A stretch of 62,389 nt of DNA, counting the filler, from Nemertoderma westbladi (Eukaryota; Animalia; Xenacoelomorpha): the NCBI GenBank assembly GCA_032718475.1. It is 3 parts of 3 records of this genome, joined end to end, with 100 filler letters (N's around TTAATTAATTAA, not from the genome) between each part and the next. Parts side by side here need not be neighbours in the genome. Positions count along the whole stretch, not along the records: positions 28,784 to 56,086 come from JAUCBJ010000773.1; positions 56,187 to 62,389 come from JAUCBJ010004058.1; 1 more part is not named here. The stretch is one strand, 5' to 3'. This document shows positions 51,067 to 62,389 of this stretch, piece after piece. The notes beneath the pieces were generated by a model. It did not search any database. It saw only the letters and a program-made list of their open reading frames with translations, and was not told the DNA's origin. The number at the start of each line of letters is the position of its first letter. Position 1 is the stretch's first letter. The position numbers and the translations under genes are program-made.

Positions 51067-51919
51067 TTAACTTCAACTTAAATTTTGCAGTTCAGTGTCA
51101 GTACTTAGTAATTAGTAGGTTCAGTACTTAGAAATGTTTACATAGCTCTTTACATCTTTTTTTATACTTAATCTGTTAATGGTGGGTTTTGTACTTAATG
51201 CTGTAATGCAGTAATGGGACTACCCGTCTGTCTACCATCCAGCCATCTGCACATTGCATGCATGATACCGTGAACACCATAATAGTTATTATTATTTTAT
51301 TTACTCCCAGTATTTCACAATTATTATATTATTTTATGTATTATTCTATTTATTGCATGTCTTTGTGCGGCTGTGCGGTAGATGTTGATGAATAAGAATA
51401 AGAATAAATAGGCAGAGAGGAAAGCGTAAGACACTGACAGTCAGTACTTAGAATCATTCCACATTCAGTACTGCGCCGCAGTACCCTGGTACCGCAGTAC
51501 CGGTATCATCAACCAACTGATACCAGATAGGCCTACACCTCAGCACCTGATACTGCTGTACTGATATCTGGTACCGGTATCGGCAGACCGGTACATCAGT
51601 CTGTCAGTATATTCCGGTACAAACCGGTGACCCGTAAACCTAAACCTACTGCTGTCTGGTTGTAGCCTACTGTGTACCGGTACTAGTACTGACATACATG
51701 ACATAAGACTGTACAGTCGCCGCGTACTGCAGTACTGGCGTACACACAGACTACAGGGCTAACTAACAGATGCGAAGATAATTGTAATTAGGCCCTACAG
51801 CCCTATACCGTACGCGTACCCAGATACAAGTAGGCTACACAGCTAACAGTCCAGCAGCCCAGCGATCTCTGGATCTATCATCTATCTGTGTGACAAATCT
51901 GCAATTAAAATATAGGAAA

Positions 51920-52306
51920 ATGAGCAGCGCAGAAGAAAGATTTTCTGGAATCGGCGGTCTGGAACGTCCCACATCCAAGGTTCTGGCGCCGCCCGGCGGT
52001 AAGACGAGCATCAATTTATTCGGCGGGGCCGATCCGGTAGACAAATCGCCGGCGAAACCGCGTTCCCCGATGTCCAACGTGTTCGGAGGAGGGGAAGTCG
52101 AACCGTCAAAGGCGTCGCCGAAGTCGAAACCGGCTTACAACCCAATCATCGACACCAGCGAAGGGAAGAAAGAGAACGGAACCGATGCGAAGCACAAGGA
52201 TTACAAGATAAACGCGCCGTTCGCGGGGGATAATGATCCAGTGGCGAGTGGCGGACCTCAACGGAAACAGCCACCCGGTGGCAAGAGCTCATTCTCGTTC
52301 TCCTAG
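51920..52306 (+). CDS. Jupiter: Jupiter/HN1-family microtubule-associated protein (128 aa)
   Basis: Diagnostic RPTSKVLAPPGGKTSI..FG N-terminal motif and C-terminal RKQPPGGKSSFSF. GC-rich codon usage, good start context GAAAATGA, AATAAA at 52379. Confidence 0.9.
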   Translation: MSSAEERFSGIGGLERPTSKVLAPPGGKTSINLFGGADPVDKSPAKPRSPMSNVFGGGEVEPSKASPKSKPAYNPIIDTSEGKKENGTDAKHKDYKINAPFAGDNDPVASGGPQRKQPPGGKSSFSFS

Positions 52307-53759
52307 AAACTGGCCGATCTAGAAAAACTCTGAGTCGATTAGAGTTCCAAATTAAATATGTTTTCCACCTAATACTGTAATAAAATCCATTCTGTTTTGT
52401 GCGTTATTTATTTTTACTTGAGTGATTCTAGGCCTCATACTGGAGACTGGCAGACTGGGATAGGTACCGTCCATATCAATATCAGTATAATATATCAATA
52501 TGTTTGTGTGTACGCAAATACAGTATCAATGTGACACCGGTAGGTACCTTTTGACTTGGGCTTATAAACCGGATATACCGTTTTCATTATTGACTAATGT
52601 TCTACTATTATATAATAATTGTACCCCCCCCCCCCCCCCCCCCCCATATTCTTTGGTTTATTTATCGCAAATAGTTCGGTAACTTTTATTTTTATATTGT
52701 ATTTTTTTCCTTTTTGAGACATTCTATCTATGTACTTATGTTCACAATTTATCGGTTTTTTTTCTGTAACCGGTTTTTGTATTTACACCAGTGAGAATTG
52801 TGTTTATTATATTACATATTTAGGACCCCAATCTATTCAGTGCTTGTGTGCTAATATATTTGTAAATGTGAAGCCAGTTATTTCCAAATTGTCATCGTCT
52901 CTCTGTCTCTATGTAGTACAATATTGGAAAGGTGCTATATCGTAAAACGTACCTAATAATATTATTAATATTTCCTTGATTATTGGATTTGTGGTTAGAT
53001 CTGCTAATATACTATGCCACAGGTATATATATATTTTATAATATTAATCTTCCAGATTTAGAGCAATTGAGAATATTTGTTTGTATCACTACAATTTATT
53101 CTAACAGGTACCTCCTGACAGGTGTGCATCCATTATTTATTAAAACAACTTATCAACTTGTGAGAGTAACTTGATATTAAAAATGTTAAATTACTGGTTA
53201 TCTGTTTACCTTAACGTTCAGACGTTAGTGGTCGAGATTCTTGATCTGACACGGCTGAGGAGAGAAGGGGGAATGGTGCATGGCCTGGCCTGCCCAATCC
53301 TCGAAGTATCATTAACGGCTTAAACGACATGATACAGAAATGAGCTAGTATGCTCAAATTATAATAGGGTTTAAAATATTCTTAGAACGTTTAATATTTA
53401 AATGAAATTTAAAATTTTTTAAATTACATTAAATTTATTCCAATCAGAGTATCCAGCGACTCCTCTCTTTCGTCTCTTAGTCCGTTACTGTTATATTAAT
53501 TTTAGACTGTTTTAGGGATGTCCCGGAATTCCGTTCCGGCCGGAATTCCGGCGGTATTTGCCCAATTCCGGTTCCGGCCGGAATTGCCGGAATGGGGTCA
53601 ATTCCGGCCGGAATTTTACCGGAATTGCCAGGTACCTAACTAGTTTGATAATTGCAATTAGTTTGTTAAATTATTATCAACATTTATATATTTTTTAAAC
53701 ATTATTTCCAATTAGTTTAAGATACTTTTCAACACTTGAAAAAAGTATAGAAATCTTCG

Positions 53760-53917
53760 ACCGTTAGAGCTAACATTTAAGGATGCAAGGCAGAGATGCC
53801 TCGCTAAACCCTTCAAAACATTCGTGCCGAAACGAAAACTACCTTGGCCCCATGCCGGGGTTGAACCCACAACCTCCGAGAGATGTGAATTCAATATAAC
53901 CACTACACCAAGGTGCG
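53760..53917 (-). mobile_element. tRNA-derived SINE, 3'-truncated
   Basis: Reverse complement has A box TGGTGTAGTGG and B box GGTTCAACCCC; homologous to 54016-54293. Confidence 0.75.
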
Positions 53918-54015
53918 CTCTGAACCAAGGTTGAACAAGTGTCAGATACCGTCAGATCAGATCAGATCAGATAAGGACAGACGTTTTAGCCATCCTATTA
54001 TTTAGTGTTAGGTTT

Positions 54016-54293
54016 CACTTTAGTGTAGTGGTTGCATTGAATTCACATCTTCTGTAGGTCGTGGGTTCGATCCTCACATGGGCCAGGGCAGTTTTCGTTT
54101 CGGCACGATTGCTTTAAAGGGACCAGCCAGGACGCATCTCTGCCTTGCATCCTTAAGTGGTAACTAAATGAGTACTGGAGTTTCCTCTGGGGAGTAAAGT
54201 TCTGGGGGGACCGCACTGGAAATAAGTCGTCAGACTTTGTGCGTAATCCGCCGAAAGCGTAGGCCGAAGAAAATTTACTTTACTTTTACTTTT
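54016..54293 (+). mobile_element. tRNA-derived SINE, near full length
   Basis: A box TAGTGTAGTGG, B box GGTTCGATCCT, core CTGCCTTGCATCCTTAAGTGGTAACTAAATGAGTAC, and a (TTTAC)n tail. Confidence 0.8.
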
Positions 54294-56086
54294 GAACCTA
54301 ACTATAACCTATCTAACGGGGGAAAATTCACAGCCACCCTGTTTATTTAAGTGAATTCAGTCTTGATGGGTAAAATGTAACACATTTCCAAAAACATTTC
54401 ATCTGGTAATCAAATTAAAATGGTCCCACCATATGTTACACCACGAAATGCATCAATAGGCCCGTGCCCCACTGGTCAGAATGTCAAAATGAATGCCTCC
54501 TTGCTCCATTGGTAACACAAGTCATTTGATAAAAAATATAAGGTGCGTCTCACATTTAATGCATATTTATAGCCAAAGTAACCAATCACAGGCATCTTGG
54601 CGGATATAACACATGATTCATGTGTCAAAAGATGGAACATGGGACATAATGACTTTCGACTCATTGGTCGTAACTTACGATTTACCAGTGGAGACGCTCC
54701 CATTGAATCCAATGTGTTCCATAATTTATTCTGACTAAAACTACATAAGACTTACCAGTGGAGCACTGGCCTTAAATAGTGGTTTTTCCAACTTGCTTAT
54801 TACAATTTATTATAAAATGGCGTTTTTAGATTGATCTTACAATATTTTACATTGAATTTAAATTATTTTACATTGATTTTATATTATTTTACTTTGAATT
54901 AATTATATATGATAATATTTTGATTGGTATTGTCCAACGTAACATATAGTATGACCCCTAAAGATTTGCAGCTTATTTCCATGGGGGTCCTTTATGTTAC
55001 TTGGTTACAAATACAATATTACACAATTACAATTACTACTCTAACCTAAAACTAATATAAAACGTTATTACAACACGTACAGATCCTGCGAGTGGTCGTT
55101 AGTTCAGTCCTGCGTCGTAGGTGCTGCATAATATAGTAGTTTAATTTCTATTTACAGCAAAGCCATTTCTTACAATAAATCTATTTATTCCCAGCAATAA
55201 TTAAACTGTAAGATGTACTATTGGCCTCGTTTATTGTTTTGGTTCGAATAACATGTCACGGTAACATGTTCCTTTCCCATAAAGACACCTGTTTATTGCA
55301 CCAAAGGACCTAATGACGCGAAACCATAGGTTTTGGGTTAGCGTAGGGTTTTAGATGAGTCTAAATGCTAAAAACCTAACATTTGGCCAAAGTTATAGAT
55401 TTTTAATTCACTGTCGTCCAATGCCGAAGTACCATCCCGTCCCCATAAACGGCCATAACGGGCCAGGCCATTCTCCACTCCACCCACTTTAATTCCCCCC
55501 AAGGTTCTGATTCATCTCATTAGCAAACTTAGCTTTAGAAATTAAAAAAATTAATTTGTTTCACAAAAAATTGTAAAGTTTCTTTGGTCATTTATTGTAT
55601 TTCACTAATTATTGAAAATTCCGGTTCCGGCATGTTGAATTCCGGTTCCGGCCGGAATCAAAATATCGATTCCGGGACATCCCTAGACTGTTTTATATAT
55701 TTTATTTTAGAGTTAGACTGTTTTACTAGACTGTATTCTGCTTCTACTTCCTCTGAAGCACTACATTACATCCTCTATGTAAGGTGGAAAGTCATCAATA
55801 ATAAGTTGTTATATTATAATTATATTGAATCATAACAACCCTGCAAACCAGAAGTATCCGAGGATTAATTTTGTATTGGAAATTTAATGCTGCTAAAAAG
55901 TTGTGCAATAGTGCAATGAGACAAATTATTTGAGAAAAACCCAAAATTTTACATTTTAATATTGAATTAATCTAAAATAATATTTAAATACTAATATTAA
56001 AATTCAGATAGTGAAATGACATTCAGAATACATTGGAACAGCAATGTTTTTTATTTAACACACTTAATCGCAACATATTTTGAATG

Positions 56087-56186
56087 NNNNNNNNNNNNNN
56101 NNNNNNNNNNNNNNNNNNNNNNNNNNNNNNTTAATTAATTAANNNNNNNNNNNNNNNNNNNNNNNNNNNNNNNNNNNNNNNNNNNN
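56087..56186. other. Artificial contig linker
   Basis: 44 N + TTAATTAATTAA + 44 N. Confidence 0.97.
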
Positions 56187-56714
56187 CGGCCTAACGATCT
56201 AGGCTGCCATCTCCCTGATGTTCGGCTGTCCCGAAGTTGGACCAAAGGAAAACATGTCAGGAATTTGCAGTATATTTACAGTTTTACAAAAGGATTTATC
56301 AAATAAAGTTTCAACAAGAAACCGAAATAAACTAATAACAATTTAGGAATTTGCAAGAGTAAGTGATAACGTAACGTGATATCAGGTAGATAATGACATG
56401 ATAACCGAAGGCAAACCGGCCTTTTTATACTAGAAATTGCACATGGAAACTAAACAGAATTTTCCACAGCTTCACATTTGAGCATTAAAGTGCTTCGTGC
56501 CCTATGATTGGCCCAGCTCATCGTTCAACGCAGTCCGGCCCTTACACTAATCTGGGACATGGAATCCTAACAGAATTTTCCACTGCCTCACATTTGAGCA
56601 ATAAGATAATTTATGCCCTATGATTGGCCTGGCTCATCATTCGCTACGCTGTACGCTTCTCATTGGCCTACCAATTAGCACCATACGAAAATAAATGGCC
56701 CCAAAATACAAATT

Positions 56715-56785
56715 TCCCGACTGGGATTCGAACTCGTAACCTATGTAATGTAACCAACGCCTTAACCATCTGACCACTACGCCAC
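56715..56785 (-). mobile_element. Degenerate tRNA-like SINE head
   Basis: Reverse complement GGCGTAGTGGTCAGATGGTTAAGGCG...GAGTTCGAATCCCAG has A and B boxes but no good cloverleaf. Confidence 0.45.
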
Positions 56786-58042
56786 GAGAGTACCTAAGGG
56801 TTTTATGTGTACAAATATGAATAGGCATATTACATTACTGTAACTCAATCAAAATACGTCGGATTTTCGAAAGTTTTTACGTTAAAGTTAAACTACAAAT
56901 GCTATCTTATAGTGAAATAATTCATCAGCAATCTTATACATTGACAAGACTTTTAAAATAATTGATGTTGAATAATTATTATTAAGATTAAAATATATTA
57001 TTAGGAATTCGAAGAAAGCAAATTGTATGGAGCTAGTATTGGCAAGTTAATCTCACAAACCAGTCTAGTCTAACTTTAGAGTAGCCTTGTTCGCATTCTT
57101 CCAGGTTTAGGCCTATAGATTCCACCGTCTTCGTTCCAGGTTTAATTCTGTAATAGACTCCGTTATCCGTCTCGATCGCTTCGCTATGCACCATCTTACT
57201 GGGTTTAATAAACTCCATCGCCTTCCTGTCGTTCTCTGTTTTGTAGATTACTTCGCCATCGTCTGATCGCTTTGGTTGCGTGTTTAATACCGGTACTGTA
57301 ATAGACTCCGTCGCCATCGTATCGTTCTGGATACATTGAATAGACTCCATTCCATTGTCCATCGCGATCGTTTCATTGTTTACGTTTAATTGACTCCGTC
57401 GCCTCCTCGGATTACGGATTAGGAATCCGGCCGGGTTTCGTAGATTCCGCCATCGTTCAGCAGTTCAGTGTTTTTAATCAAAGCCAGAATTCCGGCACCG
57501 GCACCACGACCAACGATTTCGGAAGCAACATACTCTGTCAACAACACTCGGGGTTTAAAAAATACAACTATCTGGCAACTTGTAACTGGGCGATCATCTA
57601 TCTGATAGTTGAAAAAGACAGTATCAGACTATCTGGTATCAGACTAGGTATCAGACTATCTGATAGTTAGCGCCCCATGGGTAAATCCTTACCCCATGGG
57701 CCGTTACCTCTCTGACTGACAGCGCAACAGCCCCTATAGGTCAAAGTGCGTTCAAAATGCGATGCAAAACGACCACAGTGTCACAGCGAAGTGTATCTGC
57801 AAACCGGGCTTTATATATAAGGTAGTCCTACTGGTTGGACTGTATAATGGTTTTAAACTACAGTAGTAACTTGCTTGGCCCGCATTTCTAAACTGATGTT
57901 TGTTTAGTCACTAGGCAACCATTCTGTTGCTAAGCTAAATGTAGATTAAGTGGGAAATAACAAAGTTATTTTCCCTAGGGCGAAACGCCCTGGGGGGAAA
58001 CACCCTTATTTTCCAGCAAATTAATTGGTCATAACTAATGTT

Positions 58043-59010
58043 ATGGATAGGCCAACATGTGCGCGAAACCCTGTCAAATACTATGGTTTTAGTAAAGAAT
58101 CCGAGGATGAGAACGAATCTACATTGAGTGATGCTACCGAGGATGACGAGGATTCCCCAGATGAGGAATCGGACCCAGAATCATCGGACGTGGATCTTCT
58201 GATATTGGTGCCAGTGACTGATGTCGGTACTGAAGGTAATGATATTATTAGTTCTACATGGAGTTTTGATTCACCTGGGGCCGATACTTAGGCAACCGAC
58301 AATCCTCTGAATTTTACTGGAACTGTTGGCTATCGAGATAACATTGATACCACTGGCTTCACAGAAAGTGACTATATCGGAATATTTCTAACAGAGGAAT
58401 TATTCACATATATTACTCAGTGGACAAATAAACAAGCAATACTCTTTATTGGAACTCAAAAACAGGAAGGGAAGACAATGAAGGAATGGAAGAACGTTTC
58501 TGTGGAGGAAATGAAAACATTCATTTGGCCAACTCTTCACATGGGTGTCATTGTGAAACCTGATATACGCTCATATTGGGCTACGGACGACCTAATGTCT
58601 ACACCTTTCTTTTCAAAGCCAGGGTCAATGAGTAGAGATCGTTACATTTCCATTCTCAAGCTTATTCGATTCTCGGATCCCGAAAATGTTGATGTTGATA
58701 AGAAGGAAACAAGAGTTGCGATTTCTTATCCATAGTCAATGACATTTGTAAAGTATATTCACCAGGTCATAACCTTTCCCTTGATGAGGCCCTTCTCCTA
58801 CATAAAGGTAGGCTATCTTTCAAAGTGTTCATATGGACAAAGCGTGCTCTTTTCAGAATAAAACAATTTACTTTGTGTGACAGCTGTAGTTTCTTCATAA
58901 ACTGTTTTATTTATTTTGGACCGAAGGGGACTACTCCGCAGGTAGAGGCCTCACCCCCACTCGCAGATAGTGAGAATATCGTAGCATTGCTTCTGAAAAG
59001 TGCAGAACTC
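58043..59010 (+). pseudogene. piggyBac (PGBD) transposase remnant, N-terminal half
   Basis: Acidic N-terminus; WKNVSVEEMKTFI...MG...KPDIRSYW...MSRDRYISILKLIRF; NLSLDEAL...KGRLSFK (first catalytic D). Stops and frameshifts; cut off by the adjacent LINE. Confidence 0.88.
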
Positions 59011-59042
59011 TTATATTTATTTGTTTTCGTTTAAAAATCACA

Positions 59043-62000
59043 ATACTACTACTAGGTCGAGCGAACTCGGACAGTTGAAATGAGATCCTTCCAGGCTTCT
59101 TGATTCTCCATAGTTGTCGCAATTTCGTTTCTCCCAAGTTCAGTATCCCTTTCAAGTTGATCTATAATATGTTATGGCCGGTCATCCACAACTACGTTTT
59201 CCATGAGTTGGTTGCCAGAAAAGTAGATCTGGTATGACCTCATCTTTACTTTGCCAGCAGTGCCCACTGAATCTTAATCTGCTTTCACAGATGGTGGTTG
59301 ATACAGGTGGTATTGTACAATAAAGCTCGAAAGCTAAAGTAAAGATCGTATTTTTCAGATGGTATCCATTTTTGATAGAGCTACCCAAGCCTTTGCTTTC
59401 CTAACTTATATATCATTTTCGCTACTCTCTATCCATGATCCAAGGTACTAGAAGTTGTCGACCTTCCTTAGTTGATTTATCAATTATTGTCAAGTTTCCA
59501 TCAACATTAAAGGTCACGAATTCGGTCTTGGTAGCATTTATATGCAATCCAACCTCCTTAGCAGCCCTCTCTACTTTGTTTAGTAGAAGCTGTGTATCTG
59601 CTAGCATATTAGAGAGCAGGGCGATGTCATCCACAAAGTTGGTGTCTGTGACTGTAGTCGCCGGATATCTACTACTTCTGCGTTCTTGAAGTGTGAATCC
59701 CAGATCTTCACCCTTTGTGGCCATCATCATTGCGTAATCCAGCACAATTACAAATAGTAATGGTGCTAATGTGTTACCTTGCAGTACGCCAGCCAGGATT
59801 GAGAAAAACACAGTTTCACCATCTGGTGAGAGTATCTGCGCTTATGTGTCACAATATAACAATCCAATGCCAGCTCTTAGGATTTTAAGCATTTTACCTC
59901 TATGGATGGAATCGAATGCCTTCTTGAAGTCCACAAAAGTCATGACTGCAGGGACATTCTTTGACTTAATTCCTTCAATCAGTCTCCGTAGTGCAAGTAT
60001 CTGAGCTATTGTTGATCTACTTGGTCGAAATCCATTTTGGCTCTTACTCAGTAGTTTCTCTATGTGAGGCCTAATCCTATATAGAATCATTTTATTGTAT
60101 AATTTCGCAGCTACCACAAGCAGACAGATCCCACGATAGTTTGTTGGTATGCCAAGGTCTCCTTTCTTGGGGAGAAGATTTAGTTGACCTTTATTCAAAA
60201 TTGGTGGTGGCTTTTCCCCTTTTAACATCTGGTTGCAAACATTCAATTATGGTCTGTTTAGCGCTCTGGTTTTCCATACCTCCCCTGGAATTTCATCTAA
60301 TCCACTCGCTTTATTATTGGACATGCCTTTAATGCTTCTTTGGAGTTCGGCAGGTGTGAAGTCCACTGTTTCTATAGGTAGTGTCTTGTCATATATTTTC
60401 CTTGTAGGGCTGACCTCAATGTTTCGTGGCTGCCCAAGCAAGTTGCAGAAGTGATTTTTCCACTTCCCAACACGTTCTTCAGGACTATCAACTATTTGCA
60501 CAACTTTTCCGACCAGATTCCTCATTTACAGTTTGCCCGGTAAGTCTTGATTGTTGCTGTATGTGAGCAGTTGAAATTGCTTCAATTTTATCCTGTATGT
60601 ACGTTTCCTGGGTGATGTTGTAGGCCAATTTAAGATCGTCCTTAGCTTTCTCAACCTTGTTAATGTTTTCGGTTGTTGGTTGTTTGGTTTTAACTTTGTA
60701 GGCTATCTTAAGATCTTCTCTCTTACAAGTAATCTCAGAGTTTTGCCATGGTATATACTGTTTTCGTTTGGGTTTCTGGGGGATATGCCTCTTTGCTGAT
60801 TCTTTGTGGGCTGTTATTATATTCTGGTATATTGAATCGGTGGACTGGTCTTCATCCATTGACTGAAGTGCTTCAAAGCAGTTTTGAACTTCTACTGTAT
60901 AACTGTCCTGGGTTTGCTGTCTGATCTCTGCAGTCACAATTCTGTGGTCCAAACCAATTAGGTTGAATGAGCTGCATGTCTCGCAGTTGATCATGCTGTT
61001 TGTCCACTTTTTGTTTATAAGGATGTAATCCAGTTGTGCTTTGGTTCCATTAGGGTATTGAAAGGTCCATAGCTTCCCCTTACTCTTTTCGAATGTGTTG
61101 TTTGTTGGTATCAATTCACATTCTTCCATTAGGTCTAAAAGTAAGTACCCATTTCTGTTAGAACTGGTGTTATAGGTGTAACCCTTGATGTTTTCTGGGC
61201 CAATTTGATCATTCAGGTCACCAGCAATGACTTTAACATTGTGTTTTGGAATGTCCTTTATAAGTCCAGTCAGATCTTCATAAAATTTGAGTGCTTGTTC
61301 TGGCTCTGAGGTATTAGTTGGACTGTAGCAACATATAACTGTTGCCTTGGGATTCCCATCAAATGTTGCGATCATCACCCTGGAATTAATAGATTTGATG
61401 TTGTTTTGGGTCTTAAGTGCAAATGGGCTTAGCAGAATTCCTACTCCACCAATTGAAGCATTGGCAGAGCTTCTTACTGATGAGCTTGTTACTAACGTCC
61501 ATCCATTTCCAATGTCATTGTACTTCATGGCAGTGTCTTTATGACAAATCCGATGTTCTTGGGTGCAGATGATGTCGATGTTGTATTCCATTGCCAGAGC
61601 GACCATGTCACCCTGTGTGATATGTGCTTTCAGCGTGCGTGCGTTCATTGTAGCAATCTTTAGTGTTTTTACATTTCAACAGGTTGGTTCTTCTTTCTTC
61701 TCTGTCTTCTGGTCCAGCAGCCAATTTATCGACCCCAGCCTGGTGTACCACTGAGGGACGTCCTTGTTGACCCGGGCGACGACTGAGCCGGTATTTCTCC
61801 TGGGGGGTTCTCATACTCATATCTTTCAGTTGCAAGAGTAAACCGCTTGTGGTCACAACTCCTACAAGCGTCTTCGCAGCAGGTTGTCGGTAGTTGATTA
61901 CCTTCTGCCGACCTTGTCAGCATGTCTAGCCGTTGGTTGATTACCTTCCGCCTATCCATGGCCTACAGCCCTGCTGCCGACTATAGGCGTAGGGGTCCTT

Positions 62001-62230
62001 TTGTTACACCTTGAACCAAGTGTGCCTCCTGGGTTAGGTTACCTAACACTGGTAGATCTCTATTGCAGATGCATATCAAGCCTTTGCCTTCAATGGTGCC
62101 CTAGGTGCTATAGCCCTCAATGACTTATTTAGTTGACAGGGCTAAAACCAACCCACTCTTGATCAACTAAATAATGAATAGGCTTTGCTTATCGGGCCTG
62201 CCCTACTGGGCTGATAGCTGCAGGTAGTAA
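59043..62230 (-). mobile_element. RTE-like non-LTR retrotransposon, near full length, degraded (APE endonuclease plus RT)
   Basis: APE motifs NARTL, ICTQEHR, CYSPTN, AGDLN, QLDYIL and DHRIV; RT motifs QNGFRPSRST, FVDFKKAFDSI, GVLQGNTLAP and FVDDIALL; RLRFSGHCW; (TAG)n tail at 59044-59054. The 5' end is approximate. Confidence 0.92.
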
Positions 62231-62389
62231 GTACCACATTACTGATGGTATGATATCATTTATTGGTATTGGTGGAGGGACATTATTTACATTACTAATA
62301 GTAGTCAATTACATTAGGATGCCGTACAGCTGATAGTGCTATTATATGTGTTCACTTGTGTATGTATATAGGACAGGGATGGAGAGATA

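Larger units (their letters stand above)
53513..55685. mobile_element. Non-autonomous hAT element
   Basis: 17-bp TIR TAGGGATGTCCCGGAAT and ATTCCGGGACATCCCTA; perfect 8-bp TSD GACTGTTT (53505-53512 and 55686-55693); subterminal TTCCGG/CCGGAA repeats. Confidence 0.92.

Noticed and set aside
54476-54712. hAT transposase remnant
   Set aside because: No BED finger, DDE or dimerisation motifs; the element appears non-coding.

Overview
AT-rich, repeat-dense animal (invertebrate-type) genomic DNA, not prokaryotic. Three contigs are joined by artificial 100-nt linkers (N44-TTAATTAATTAA-N44 at 28684-28783 and 56087-56186), so adjacency across the linkers means nothing. Two host genes are visible. The first is a multi-exon minus-strand gene whose eight phase-compatible exons (14437 down to 8043) encode about 1200 aa of low-complexity sequence running into the start of a protein kinase domain (IKWKKGRKLGSG), a MAP3K19/YSK4-like layout. 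The second is an intronless Jupiter/HN1-family gene (51920-52306). The rest is mostly transposon debris: a Helitron, a MULE transposase remnant split by an 11-bp minisatellite, RTE-type LINEs, an internally deleted BEL/Pao LTR element, a CRE-type LINE with two nested DNA transposons, hAT, Kolobok-like, piggyBac and Academ-like non-autonomous elements, tRNA-derived SINEs, and satellites with 146, ~130, 62 and 49-bp units. The most unusual observation is a degraded ORF (32317-31467, minus strand) with the YNK...RVEI motifs of Rep_trans (pT181-type, non-HUH) rolling-circle initiators. It sits directly next to a very homogeneous 62-bp hairpin-bearing tandem array. All family assignments come from reading motifs by eye; no searches were run.
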